Of a stretch of DNA of 64,000 bases, positions 1 through 9,656 are shown piece by piece. The stretch is from NCBI GenBank assembly GCA_963701965.1, contig OY969695.1, positions 2,880,001-2,944,000 on the forward strand, in the 5' to 3' direction. The stretch's first letter is position 1. Each line of letters starts with the position of its first letter. Under the pieces are notes generated by a model. The model did no database searches and was not told where the DNA came from. It saw only the letters and a program-made list of their open reading frames with translations. The DNA is from an uncultured Gemmatimonadales bacterium. GTDB lineage: Bacteria > Gemmatimonadota > Gemmatimonadetes > Gemmatimonadales > Gemmatimonadaceae. Position numbers and translations under genes: made by a program.

Positions 1-997
1 CGCGACCGGCGAGCGTGCGTCGGGACGTGCGGTCGACGCACGTCAGCATGTATTCGTGGGTGTGGGCCAGCGTTCGGGCTTTGCCGCCCTGCGGGTGGTG
101 GTTGACGATGATCATCTCGCGCTTGAGCCGCGGATAGCGCGTGTCGATCATTACCGAGAGCGTGACCATCTCGAAATCATCGACGGCGATGAACAGCACC
201 GGGTCGGGCGCCAGGAGAGACGTCGCCAGGTCCAGGCGGTTCTCCATGAGCATGAGCCACGATGTCCGCGCGTAGGAATTCTTGTACGGGATCTCCGGGC
301 CGCCGGTGTTGTAGGGCGGATCGATGTAGATGCAGGCGACGCGTCGTTCGAGCCGCCGTTGCATGAGGGAGAGCGCGTGAAAATTCTCGCCGTGGACGAG
401 CACCCCATCGGTGCGATCGTCGATGTCGCCGAGTGATTCCAGCAGGCGGTCGGTGAACTCAGCCGGGAAGTGGCGCGTGTCGAGCATCAGAGTGCCACGC
501 GCGCGGAGGAACTCCGGCGTCAGCGGGACGCGGTCGATGTCACACAGGCTGACCCATTCGTCGCGTTGCGCGTCGCTCGCCGCGACCGCCGGCAGAAACG
601 CGTCGGGGATCTGGTCGAGCGTGATGCAGTAGTGCGTTTCGACCACGGGCCGTTTCGTGAGCCATTGTTGCTTGCGCGCTTCTTCGCGGCGCGCCAGCGC
701 GTCAATGATTGGCGCCGCGGCGCGGTGCAAGGCCGGGTCCTCGTGCCCGGGATGGTGGCCCAGCGCGTCGCGGAGGAACCCCCCGAGATCCTTGTGTACC
801 AGGATATCGCGCCGGCCGTCGTCCGTCTTCACGTAGTACTGGTCGCGATGGGAGTTCGTGACCAGGCGGCCGTCGGCGTAGTGGCGCCGGAAGAATGCGA
901 TCAGGTGATCACAGATTTGGTCGGGCAGCCCCGGGCTCAAGGCCGCGGCCAGGTCCGCTTGATCGAGCGCCAAGAGCCCGGTCAGGGCGCCCGTCAC
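1..997 (-). CDS. Type III restriction-modification Mod-like adenine DNA methyltransferase (partial, runs off left edge)
   Basis: Absent from the ORF track because it is open at the edge. Manual translation from GTG at 997 (overlapping the upstream TGA) is open to base 1 and contains HKDLGGFLR, VETHYCITLDQIP, DGVLVHGENFHAL and the catalytic motif CIYIDPPYNTG. Confidence 0.85.
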   Translation of the reverse strand, partial: MTGALTGLLALDQADLAAALSPGLPDQICDHLIAFFRRHYADGRLVTNSHRDQYYVKTDDGRRDILVHKDLGGFLRDALGHHPGHEDPALHRAAAPIIDALARREEARKQQWLTKRPVVETHYCITLDQIPDAFLPAVAASDAQRDEWVSLCDIDRVPLTPEFLRARGTLMLDTRHFPAEFTDRLLESLGDIDDRTDGVLVHGENFHALSLMQRRLERRVACIYIDPPYNTGGPEIPYKNSYARTSWLMLMENRLDLATSLLAPDPVLFIAVDDFEMVTLSVMIDTRYPRLKREMIIVNHHPQGGKARTLAHTHEYMLTCVDRTSRRTLAGR

Positions 998-1683
998 GCG
1001 CAGCGCGACTTCCACCCCGGCGGTGTGAGCAGGTGGACCGCGATGACCACGGCATCCGGCTCCTGCTGCGTCGCGGCCGATGTCAGCGTCAGGTGCGTCG
1101 GGTCGACGCAGGTCAGTCCCGGGAGTCGCGGCGGCGGCATGCCCGGGTCACCGGTGGCCGCGGCCAGTTGGCGGGCCAGGTCGATCTTGACGTTCTGGTT
1201 GACGTATTGGGCGATCTGGTCGTGGGCGACGCCCAGGAATCCATTGAACACCGCGTCCCCGCCGCCGGAGGCGACGGAAGTTTGCGTCATGCGCAGCAAG
1301 TTATCGCGCACGACCGGGACCGCCGCGAGGTCGAGCGTGCCCTCGACGACCGGCGAGAAGAATTGGCTGATCGGGTAGGTGCCCTTGATATGCACGGAGA
1401 GCAGCAGCCGGGCGGCGTCGGTCTTGATCGCCGGGTTCGTGAGGGCGATGTCGTGGCCCCAGTTCTCGCAGCGGCTGCCTTGCACGCGGCACGGATAGAA
1501 GGCGCCGTCCTCGGTGAAGACCACTTGATTGAGCATGGACTGCATGTCGTCGGCGCGGACTACTATTACATAGGTCGTGTCGTGCGGCGCCGCGGGGGGT
1601 AGCGGGTGGCGTACGGCGGCGCGGGGCGCCGCCAGCAGGAGCGGAACGGCGAGCGGGAGCAGGCGGGCAGGAGGGAAGTTCAT
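994..1683 (-). CDS. Hypothetical exported protein (~229 aa)
   Basis: C-terminal part of ORF 994..1977. ATG at 1683 gives a signal-like N-terminus (MNFPPARLLPLAVPLLLAA) followed by protein-like sequence. The stop is coupled to the MTase start. Confidence 0.6.
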   Translation of the reverse strand: MNFPPARLLPLAVPLLLAAPRAAVRHPLPPAAPHDTTYVIVVRADDMQSMLNQVVFTEDGAFYPCRVQGSRCENWGHDIALTNPAIKTDAARLLLSVHIKGTYPISQFFSPVVEGTLDLAAVPVVRDNLLRMTQTSVASGGGDAVFNGFLGVAHDQIAQYVNQNVKIDLARQLAAATGDPGMPPPRLPGLTCVDPTHLTLTSAATQQEPDAVVIAVHLLTPPGWKSRCA

Positions 1684-1708
1684 GCCCCTACTACACACCG
1701 ACCCCCGG

Positions 1709-2521
1709 TTAGGCTCCCTCTTCTTTCTCTTCCTCTTCGCCGCTGGTGAACTGGTCGAATGATCCGGGCCAGGGCAGGTCGCCCAGTCCCTCCAGCGTCG
1801 GGTCGTCGGCATCCGGCAGGGCCAACATGTATCCCATGCTGGGGACCGTGTGGAGGATCGGTTCTTCGTCGGGTCCGTGCAGTTTTTGGCGCAGGCGCGA
1901 GATGCGGGGGAGGAGGGCGCAGTCATTGCCCCGCGGGCCGCTGCGATCGCCCAGCACCTCTTCGCGGAGCCGTTCATTGGAGAGCGGCACTTCCGGGTGC
2001 TCTAGGAAGTAGTGGAGCAGGGGGCACTCCGCTGGCGACAGTTGTATGGCGCGCCGGCCGCGTGTCGCGCAGCGCGTGACCAGGTCCAGCTCGAGATCCC
2101 GATACCGGTAGACCGACTTCTTGACCATGACGCGCCGCAGCGCGGCGATCACGCGCCGGTGGAGCGTCTCGTCGGTGAACGGCTTGGCCATGATGTCGAG
2201 CACCGCGTGCTCGATGGCCGCGAGGTGGACGCAGTCATCCGCTTTTTCGGTGGCGATGATGATGCGCACCCAGTTCCCGCGCGTGCGCAACCGTCGGATG
2301 ACGTCGAGTCCCGACAGGCGCGGCAAGTCGACATTGGTGATGATGAGGTCCGGGCGGGGGAGACCCAGGGCGGCTCTCAGGCCGTCGATGCCATCTACCG
2401 CGCCGCGCATCGTGAAGCCGAGGTCGCCCAGTTGGTCGCACATGAAGTCTCGCGACTCCGCGTCATGGTCGATGACGAGGATGCGCGAGCCGACCAGGTC
2501 CGAAATGCCGTTCGACGCCAT
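1709..2521 (-). CDS. OmpR/PhoB-family response regulator with atypical receiver
   Basis: Receiver fold (ILVIDHD...DLIITNVDLPRLSG...AKPF) plus winged helix (LSPAE...ISRLRQKL...ILHTVPSMGY). Confidence 0.85.
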   Translation of the reverse strand: MASNGISDLVGSRILVIDHDAESRDFMCDQLGDLGFTMRGAVDGIDGLRAALGLPRPDLIITNVDLPRLSGLDVIRRLRTRGNWVRIIIATEKADDCVHLAAIEHAVLDIMAKPFTDETLHRRVIAALRRVMVKKSVYRYRDLELDLVTRCATRGRRAIQLSPAECPLLHYFLEHPEVPLSNERLREEVLGDRSGPRGNDCALLPRISRLRQKLHGPDEEPILHTVPSMGYMLALPDADDPTLEGLGDLPWPGSFDQFTSGEEEEKEEGA

Positions 2522-2732
2522 TATATGGTATCGGTTACAGGGTGGCGGGGCGCTCGCCCCGCAGCGGTGTAGGAGTAGGACGTCCGGGCGGCGCGAACGG
2601 GTGAATCGTCCGGCGGCACGTGTCGCCGCACCCAGCGGGGAGTCGACAGGGAGGCTCCTTGCGTTTAAAACTCCCCCTACCCATCTTCGGCCTCCTGCGG
2701 CACCGTTTGTGTCACTTGACGGTCACGCTAGT

Positions 2733-3419
2733 ATGGAGGCCAGGTCACGGCGGTCGGCGGGTAGTCGCCTCATTTCTCAGGCAGCGGGCGTGGCAGTGCG
2801 CATCGGACGGTTCGGGTTCTTTCACCGTGGGAAGCGCCGGGGGACGGCGCCGCCGCGGAGTGTCGAAGATCTCGCGGGCGTCCTGCAGGCCAGCGACGCC
2901 GACGGATTTCGCGTGATCTTTTACGCCTTTTACGAGCCGCTCACGCGGTACGCGCTGTCGCTGGTGGATACGCGGGCGGACGCCGAGGATGTGGTGCAGG
3001 GCGTGTTTGCCAACGTATGGTGTCGGCGAAAGAGTCTGGCCATCGAGTCGGACTCATCCGCGTATTTGTATCCCGCGGTCCGCAATCGTTGTTTCGACAA
3101 TCTGCGGCAGATCCAGACGCGCTCGCGGGCGCAGACCGTGGTCGATCCGGCGGTGGGCGAGATGCCGCCCGCGGACCGCGAGCCCATTCCCGCGCGTTTG
3201 ATGACGGCGGTGGAAGAGGCGGTGGCCGAGCTGCCGCGTCGCCGGCGGGAAGCGTTGGTGCTCCGGTATATGTGTGAGCTTTCGGAGCGCGAGGTCGCCG
3301 AGTTATTGGGTGTGGGCGTGGCGACGGTGCACACCCATCTCCGGCTCGGGCTCAAGGAGCTGCGCGCGAAGTTGCGCGGCGAGCGGCCGGAGGGTTGGAA
3401 TGGTGGGGTCGACGGCTAG
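2733..3419 (+). CDS. ECF (sigma-70 group 4) sigma factor
   Basis: C-terminal half of ORF 2121..3419: region 2 (DAEDVVQGVFANVW, YLYPAVRNRCFD) and region 4 (LPRRRREALVLRY...SEREVAELLGVGVATVHTHL). Start uncertain. Confidence 0.85.
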   Translation: MEARSRRSAGSRLISQAAGVAVRIGRFGFFHRGKRRGTAPPRSVEDLAGVLQASDADGFRVIFYAFYEPLTRYALSLVDTRADAEDVVQGVFANVWCRRKSLAIESDSSAYLYPAVRNRCFDNLRQIQTRSRAQTVVDPAVGEMPPADREPIPARLMTAVEEAVAELPRRRREALVLRYMCELSEREVAELLGVGVATVHTHLRLGLKELRAKLRGERPEGWNGGVDG

Positions 3420-3736
3420 CGGCGGCGGCCGGACGGTTTTTTGGGCGCGTTCGCGCGCTGGCGGAACGCGTTGATGTCCGTAACGTCCGGCGTGGAGGCG
3501 CGCGGTTTCGGCGGGAGCGCGTCGGGGATCGGTCGATAGTCCCAGGGGCCCGGCTGCGAGTTGCGGTTCATAGTCGCGATTTCGCGATGGAGTTGCTTGA
3601 TCAACTCCGGTAGCGCGTCCTTGTCGGTGGCTGAGAGTTGGCCGGTGAGGTAGCGCTCCCAGACCGAGTTCTGGTCTTTGTCCCGCGGTGGTCGGTGCTT
3701 CATTGCAGCTCCAAGTCTGGATCGGGAGTGGGACAC
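3416..3736 (-). CDS. Small hypothetical protein resembling an anti-sigma N-terminus
   Basis: VWERYLTGQLSATDKDAL resembles the first helix of FecR-type anti-sigmas. Convergent with the ECF gene. Confidence 0.35.
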   Translation of the reverse strand: MSHSRSRLGAAMKHRPPRDKDQNSVWERYLTGQLSATDKDALPELIKQLHREIATMNRNSQPGPWDYRPIPDALPPKPRASTPDVTDINAFRQRANAPKKPSGRRR

Positions 3737-3926
3737 AAGCCTGCGGGCTAATATAGCTATAAGGACCGGCCAGCAGTTTACTTCCCTACCGTGCGTTTAA
3801 GATTCGATCAATACTGAACGGTATAGAGACGCCTTCAGTACGATTGGGTACGTATGCCGCGGGCGAAAAATTGACGTAGCCGGCGGGCGATGACGTTGGG
3901 CACGTAGGGATGACGCGCGATCGCCG

Positions 3927-4541
3927 TTGCGGTGGCACGATGCGCGTATGACCAAGCGATCGAGAGCCAGGGCCCAGTTGCTGTCGCGACTGATTGCCCA
4001 GGCGTTGCGGCGGCGTCAGCAGCAACCCGACAAGTTCGCGGATCTTCGAAGAGCGTTGGCGCGCCTGCTCGGAGTTTTGCCCGGCGCGCTCGCCATCAAG
4101 TCCTTTGAGTCGGCGACGGCGACGATGGATAACAGGCTCGACGAGACCGGCAGACTCGGGAGACGGGTCGGGGTCGCCATCGGCGTGTTTGTGTTGACCG
4201 CCAGCCCAGCGAGCGTCGACCGGCAGGTCCGGGTTGCGGTGAAGAAAGCGTTCGGGGCGATGGGGGAATGGCCCGCCGACGGCTTCGTTCTCATCTACGG
4301 GCGGCCGCACGGCGGGCGGCGCGGCGTCCTGTCGTGGACGTTGCGTGCCGCGGTCGAGCCGATTCCGAACGATACGGTCGAGCGATTGTTGCGCCTGTAC
4401 CCGCAGGCGCACCGGCGGACCGGGCAGCCGGTGCACGCCGGCGCGGCGGCGCCTGTTGCCGGGATGGTCGCTGGGACTATCGGGCCTGTGGATGCCGCGG
4501 CCGAGAAGAAACCGGGAGTAGACGGCGCGGGCGATCCATAA
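3927..4541 (+). CDS. Hypothetical protein
   Basis: 204-aa ORF with protein-like composition filling the gap; no recognised motif. Confidence 0.4.
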   Translation: MRWHDARMTKRSRARAQLLSRLIAQALRRRQQQPDKFADLRRALARLLGVLPGALAIKSFESATATMDNRLDETGRLGRRVGVAIGVFVLTASPASVDRQVRVAVKKAFGAMGEWPADGFVLIYGRPHGGRRGVLSWTLRAAVEPIPNDTVERLLRLYPQAHRRTGQPVHAGAAAPVAGMVAGTIGPVDAAAEKKPGVDGAGDP

Positions 4542-4625
4542 TCGACAGACGCTGCGTCAAACGAGGCATGGTCGATTCGCCGCGATGCGGCACCGTATGG
4601 GACCCTTTCACTCGTGGAGAGTCCT

Positions 4626-4742
4626 ATGCGCCGTATGACCTGGTTTGCATTGATTGGTCTTCTCACGCTAGCCGCGTGCGCCACCCCTTCCGCGCCCCGG
4701 GATTGTGGCGGCTCGGCCGTGGGATCCGACAACCACTGCTGA
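4626..4742 (+). CDS. Small lipoprotein / secreted peptide (38 aa)
   Basis: Not in ORF track. GGAGAG RBS, then MRRMTWFALIGLLTLAAC-ATPSAPRDCGGSAVGSDNHC*, with basic N-region, hydrophobic core and LAAC lipobox. Confidence 0.7.
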   Translation: MRRMTWFALIGLLTLAACATPSAPRDCGGSAVGSDNHC

Positions 4743-4797
4743 TCCTGTCAGGCCGGTGCTGGTGAGCGCGCCGGCGGGCGCTCACCAGTGCCGGGGA

Positions 4798-5886
4798 TCA
4801 TTTGCGGAGCGCGCGCCGAACCCGGCGGAGTATTTCCGTGAATCCCCGGAGTTGGGCGATCTCCGCGACTCGTCGGTAGAGATTTTCGGCTTGGGCTTTC
4901 TGGCCTCGCTTGGCGTGGGCGCCGGCCAGCGTCTCGAGCAATTCGCACTCGAGGCGATCGGTCGGTGGCGAACCCACCAGGCAGGCGAGGAGACGGTCGA
5001 ATTCAGCCCACGCATTTTCCTCGGCATGCATGTCGAGGAGATTGATGGTGGCTGACCAACGGAGGTCGGCCTGTGTGGCCTCGGTGCGTACGGTCTCGAA
5101 GGCACTGCGCGCGACTTTCGACATGCCACCGGCGCGTGCCGCGTTGCCGATATCGTTCACGATGCGGAGCTGACGCGCGGGATCGCTTTGGAGACTGAGC
5201 GCTTCCTGCAGGTACGTGAGGGCCTGCTGGTGGTTTCCTTGGTGCGTCGCGACGAGGGCCCGGTCCTGGAGGGCGAAGGCCAGGGGGGCCAGGCGCTGCG
5301 CGGCGCGCGCCCGGTCGATGATGCTGTCCAGCTGTTGGCACGCGGCCGTGTAGTGATCCTGGTGGATCGCGATCTTGGCGAGGCCGCCTTCGATCAGGAG
5401 CTCGGAAACTTCGTCGCCGAACTCTTGGGCGGCGAGGATGCCGGCGCGGTAGGCGGCTTCGGCCTCGGCGATCCGGTCTTGATTGCGGAGGCAGAAGCCA
5501 GCGCGATGGAGCGCGTGGGGGACGAGCGCGATGTTGGGCTCGCAGCGTCCGAGGTCGGCGGCGAAGTGATAGACGTCGGAGCCGAGATCGTAGGCGCCCG
5601 CGTCTTCGGCCGCTTTGCCAAAGCCGATGAGGCCTGGGGTGGCGGCCACCGGCGAGTCCGTGAGGTCGCGGGCCAGGACGCCGAGTGCGACGGCGAGTCC
5701 TTCGGCCGGCAGCTCGGACGCGGCGGCGCTGAACGCGAGGGATTCGACGGCATTCGGCGGCGACGCGTTGCGATCCAGGCGCCGGGCCAGCGACCGGAAC
5801 ATGATGAGAGCGATCGCCGCGAAATCGCGCTCGGCCGGGGCGCGGTCGGGATCGGCGAGCCAGGCGGAGAAACCGCGGAATCGCAT
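4798..5886 (-). CDS. TPR-like helical repeat protein
   Basis: 362 aa, Ala/Leu-rich, with TPR-like units (ALHRAGFCLRNQDRIAEAEAAYRAG; ALQDRALVATHQGNHQQALTYLQEAL). Confidence 0.75.
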   Translation of the reverse strand: MRFRGFSAWLADPDRAPAERDFAAIALIMFRSLARRLDRNASPPNAVESLAFSAAASELPAEGLAVALGVLARDLTDSPVAATPGLIGFGKAAEDAGAYDLGSDVYHFAADLGRCEPNIALVPHALHRAGFCLRNQDRIAEAEAAYRAGILAAQEFGDEVSELLIEGGLAKIAIHQDHYTAACQQLDSIIDRARAAQRLAPLAFALQDRALVATHQGNHQQALTYLQEALSLQSDPARQLRIVNDIGNAARAGGMSKVARSAFETVRTEATQADLRWSATINLLDMHAEENAWAEFDRLLACLVGSPPTDRLECELLETLAGAHAKRGQKAQAENLYRRVAEIAQLRGFTEILRRVRRALRK

Positions 5887-6114
5887 ACGTCGAGCGGAGG
5901 GGCGCGAGACGGCGAAGCGGTGAAGCCGGGCAGCGCTCCGGCTTCAGTGAAGGTCGCGATGATATCGCACGGGTGAGATTCCCGCTAGTGCATCCGTATG
6001 CCGGTATGGGCAGCATCCGCACGCTCGCGCCGGCCGGGCCGTGCAGGGTAGGGCGACGGCGATTTCGCCTGTCCAACTCGCCGGTGCGAGCACCGTGCTT
6101 TTTCTCCCGGAGCG

Positions 6115-6960
6115 ATGCGATTGAGCCGAAATGTCCGAGGGCGTGTCGCGGAGCTCGAGCTGCAGTGTTTAGCGCGGGCGATGGTGGCGGACGATGTCGT
6201 CACCTTTGTGGGCCCCGCGGTGTCGGTGGAGGCTGGTGCGCCGACGACGGCGGTGGTGGCGATGGAGCTGTGCGCCGAGCTGCACGTGCACCCCGTGCTG
6301 GCGACGGAGTCCTTGGCGACCGCGGCCAAGTACCACCTTTATGAGCACGGGCCGCGGACGTTCCAGCGGCTGCGGCAGATCTATCACCGGTGGCCTTTGC
6401 GGCCGACCGCCGTTCACCGCCTCCTGTGCGGGCTGCCGCTCCGGTTCTTCGTGTTGGCGAGCATCGATCATCTGCTCGAGCGGGCGGTCCGGGCATCGGG
6501 CCGGGAGCCTTTGGTGATCGCCGATGAGGGCGCGTTGGACACGTGGCTCGATGCGTGGGACGATGGGGCGACGGTGCGGATCCTCAAGCCTTATGGGGAT
6601 GTCGATCAGTCCGGGACGCTCGCGCTGACGGAGCAGGATTGTGCCCGGCGGATGGGCGCGGATGGTCGGTTTCGGGAGGCGGTTGGTGATCTCCTGCTGT
6701 GTCACCCGGCCTTGCTGATCGGGTACAGCCTGGGCGATCCGGAGCTCGCGTTGCTGAGCGACGAGTCGACTGGCGGCTTGCTGCCGCATCCGCGTGGGGC
6801 GTTCGTCCTCACGACCGAGACCGAGCCGGAGCAGCTCGCGGAGTGGCGCCGGCGCGGGTTGAGACCGATCGCGGCCGAGGCAGACGGGTATTTGCCGCGC
6901 GAGGCGGTGGAGGCGGCATTGGAGCGGCTGACGGCCTTGGTGCAGCGTTACTCGGCTTGA
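6115..6960 (+). CDS. SIR2_2-family (sirtuin-like) protein with degenerate active site
   Basis: Motif order matches SIR2_2: TFVGPAVS, HRLL, VLASIDHLLERA, ILKPYGDV, LLIGYSLGDPEL. Confidence 0.75.
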   Translation: MRLSRNVRGRVAELELQCLARAMVADDVVTFVGPAVSVEAGAPTTAVVAMELCAELHVHPVLATESLATAAKYHLYEHGPRTFQRLRQIYHRWPLRPTAVHRLLCGLPLRFFVLASIDHLLERAVRASGREPLVIADEGALDTWLDAWDDGATVRILKPYGDVDQSGTLALTEQDCARRMGADGRFREAVGDLLLCHPALLIGYSLGDPELALLSDESTGGLLPHPRGAFVLTTETEPEQLAEWRRRGLRPIAAEADGYLPREAVEAALERLTALVQRYSA

Positions 6961-7148
6961 CGTTCCGGGAAGGGGCGAGTCGCGCCTGTGATTGCCCATC
7001 AATGGGTCGGCGACGGAGCCGGCCGAGTCTCCACGGGGAGAAATGCATTGTCGTCCGGGAGCAGATTCGGCGTTGACGTAGCGATTGGCATCGACCACTG
7101 TGTATCATCCGTGCGCTGATGCTATTTCACGTCTGCCCTCTGCAACCC

Positions 7149-8405
7149 ATGCCTCAGCCTTCCCGACGCGCGGTCCGGTCCTCCGCCGCGAGCCACGCGC
7201 CGTTCCGCGACGCGCTCCGGGCCGCCGCTCCGGCGAGCCAACGTGCTCAACGCTACCGCGCCGGCCTCTTGGCGCTCGAGTATGCCGACCAACCACGCGC
7301 GCGGCGACGCGATGCGGCCAGCAATCGCCAGTTCGCTGCCGTTCGACGCGCGGTCGACGCCGTTCGCCCGGTGCCGGCGCGTGCCGTGCTCCGCGCAGTG
7401 GTCGACGCGGCGGCGACCAGACCGACCAAACGGTCGGAGGTCGGCAGGGCGCTGACCCGGTACGCGGCGTTCCTCCAGTCCGAGGGGGAATTCGCGTTGG
7501 CGAATCACGTCTACCGGACTGTGGTCGACGGAGCGCCTCCCAACGAACCGCGTCGGGCCGCGGCTGCCGCGCATCTCCGGCTCGGCCTGTCGCTCCGAGA
7601 GCCGGGCGACCGAGCGGTCGCCATGGACATCTACAAGTCAGGCCTCGCGGCGGGTGCCCGACGCCAGGACGCCGAGACAGCGCGGGCGATCGGCGTGGCG
7701 AGCGCGGCCGTGCTGCGACTTGGCGGCGAGCATGCCGAGGCCAATGCGTGGCTCGAGCGCGTCCTGCGCGGGCGCCGCCCGTCCGAGCACGGGGAGCTCG
7801 ATGCGCGGGCGCTGCAGGAGCGCGGGGTGGTGGCTTACGCATCGGGGAAGCCCATCGAGGCCCTCGAGTACTACGCGGCGGCGTATGACGCGTACTCGAA
7901 CCGGGATCATCGCAATCAGCTGCTCGTCGACATCGCGCGCAGCTTGCGGGCGATTGGGCGCGTTGCGGATGCGCGTGAGGCGCTGACCTTCGTGCGCGAG
8001 ACGGCGCGCGAGCGCTGCACGCGGTGGATGGCCACCATCGAACTCATGTCGATCGCTGTGGCGGAGCACAAGCGGCATGACTTCGAGCGTCATGCGCGCG
8101 CGTTGGCGCGCGCGCCGATGCCCGCGCGTCTTTCGGCGGCCTATCAATTCGAGCGGCGGGGCGGATACGCCAAATTCAAACGGCCGGCCGATGGGCGACG
8201 AGCGTATCAGGGTGGGTCGCAGCCGGCGACTCCCTCGAAGGCCGAAAATGTGAAAAGACTTGCCAGCGATATCTTGAAGGGCCGTGCGATTGCTAGCACT
8301 GACGCGCGTACCAATGTTCAGAAACGACTCTCTAGCTCGGTCACTGATTTGATTGCCACAAACTCGACTCTCCGGTCGCTATCCAAGGCTGATCGCGGCA
8401 ACTAA
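7149..8405 (+). CDS. TPR-like helical repeat protein, paralogue of 4798..5886
   Basis: Shares segments with the first TPR protein: ALQERGVVA/ALQDRALVA, LLVDIA/IVNDIG, RWMATIELM/RWSATINLL. Start 7149 or 7119. Confidence 0.7.
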   Translation: MPQPSRRAVRSSAASHAPFRDALRAAAPASQRAQRYRAGLLALEYADQPRARRRDAASNRQFAAVRRAVDAVRPVPARAVLRAVVDAAATRPTKRSEVGRALTRYAAFLQSEGEFALANHVYRTVVDGAPPNEPRRAAAAAHLRLGLSLREPGDRAVAMDIYKSGLAAGARRQDAETARAIGVASAAVLRLGGEHAEANAWLERVLRGRRPSEHGELDARALQERGVVAYASGKPIEALEYYAAAYDAYSNRDHRNQLLVDIARSLRAIGRVADAREALTFVRETARERCTRWMATIELMSIAVAEHKRHDFERHARALARAPMPARLSAAYQFERRGGYAKFKRPADGRRAYQGGSQPATPSKAENVKRLASDILKGRAIASTDARTNVQKRLSSSVTDLIATNSTLRSLSKADRGN

Positions 8406-9035
8406 CACAGAGACGAACGACGGACCTGTCGCGTCGGCTCAGACATACGTCGCCTCAATTGCATTTTTGTATCCGAACGTCGTGCCTCGCGTACACGTGG
8501 GGTGGTTATCTGCACCGACGGTGGCGAGTCGACCGTCCGCATCCCTTCGGAGTGCGAGCCGAGAGACGGAGGCGAATCAGCGCACCAATGCTTGTCTCGT
8601 TCCATGACACTCACTTAATGCGCACGCTCCCGGAGTCGGCTTACGCGTTTCCGAGCAGTTCGATTCCATAAGTCATTCCAGCAAAGGCGCTTCGGAGCGA
8701 TTGTTGTAGGGTTGGTGGGGTCGTGCACCGTCTTCTTATTCACCGTTTTCGCACGGCATGTCTCCTCAGCGTCACGCGTCGACGACGCCTCCGTCACATA
8801 GCGGCAGAATGTCCGGGATGAGACTCCCCACTCCTCAGCGGGAGCGTTTTTGGCGCGCATGGTTGGTCATCCCTGCGCCGTTTTCGCGGAGCTTGTGGTC
8901 CCATCGCTCTATCAGATTTTGCGATGAGCTCTAGTCGTACGAAGAAACCGCCCGGGCGTCGATATTGAAACCTCCCCCTTGTAGGTCGGTGCTCATGATC
9001 CAGGTGATTGATCGCCTGCCGCGGAGTATGACGAC

Positions 9036-9656
9036 ATGATGCCCAAGATGCAGATTGGATTAGACCTTGTTGCCGCTGCGAAGAGAGCAGAGGCCCACTT
9101 CGCGCTGAAGCTAAGGGTCGGAATACCACCAGCTGGTATCGAACTTGAGCTTCCGCTCGGCCCTGTCGCTGCTTGCTTTGCGCGCGTGCTGCGCCGCGCC
9201 CCCCGTGGCATTTTTGCCGTTCCTTGCGCCAGTGGAATCAAGCTGACCTCGTACTGCGAGGGCTTTGTAGTTATCCGACTGTGCTTGTTTCATCCAGGCA
9301 GCAAGCGGTGTCCGATTGACGAGATCACCGTTCATGGTTGGCTGTTCGGTGCTCGGCCGTTCGCCATTCAGCCGTTCTCGGTACGAGTCGATCGTGCAGG
9401 TAAGACGCGATGGACGGAGGTCGATTTGTCGCTCAAGCTCGGCGAGTCCGAGGTCAATACCATCAAGATGGTGTTGGGCAGCGAGGTCGTTGACTCGTCA
9501 GTGCTGCGTAGTTTCGGCGTGCCATATGATCAACATCTTTGGATCACCTATCGCACTAACAGGCGCGCCCAGGCCGTTGACCCAAGCTGGGTTTCAGTGC
9601 CGCGAGTGGCGATTCAAGCGGTTGGCTCATTGTCGCGCCCAGCTTCTACAGCGTAG
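9036..9656 (+). CDS. Hypothetical protein
   Basis: Longest ORF (206 aa) in an A/T-richer stretch; GGAG upstream; no motif recognised. Confidence 0.35.
   Translation: MMPKMQIGLDLVAAAKRAEAHFALKLRVGIPPAGIELELPLGPVAACFARVLRRAPRGIFAVPCASGIKLTSYCEGFVVIRLCLFHPGSKRCPIDEITVHGWLFGARPFAIQPFSVRVDRAGKTRWTEVDLSLKLGESEVNTIKMVLGSEVVDSSVLRSFGVPYDQHLWITYRTNRRAQAVDPSWVSVPRVAIQAVGSLSRPASTA

Noticed and set aside
8402..9030. Short ORFs after the second TPR gene as a partner peptide
   Set aside because: No lipobox or signal peptide in the frames I read.
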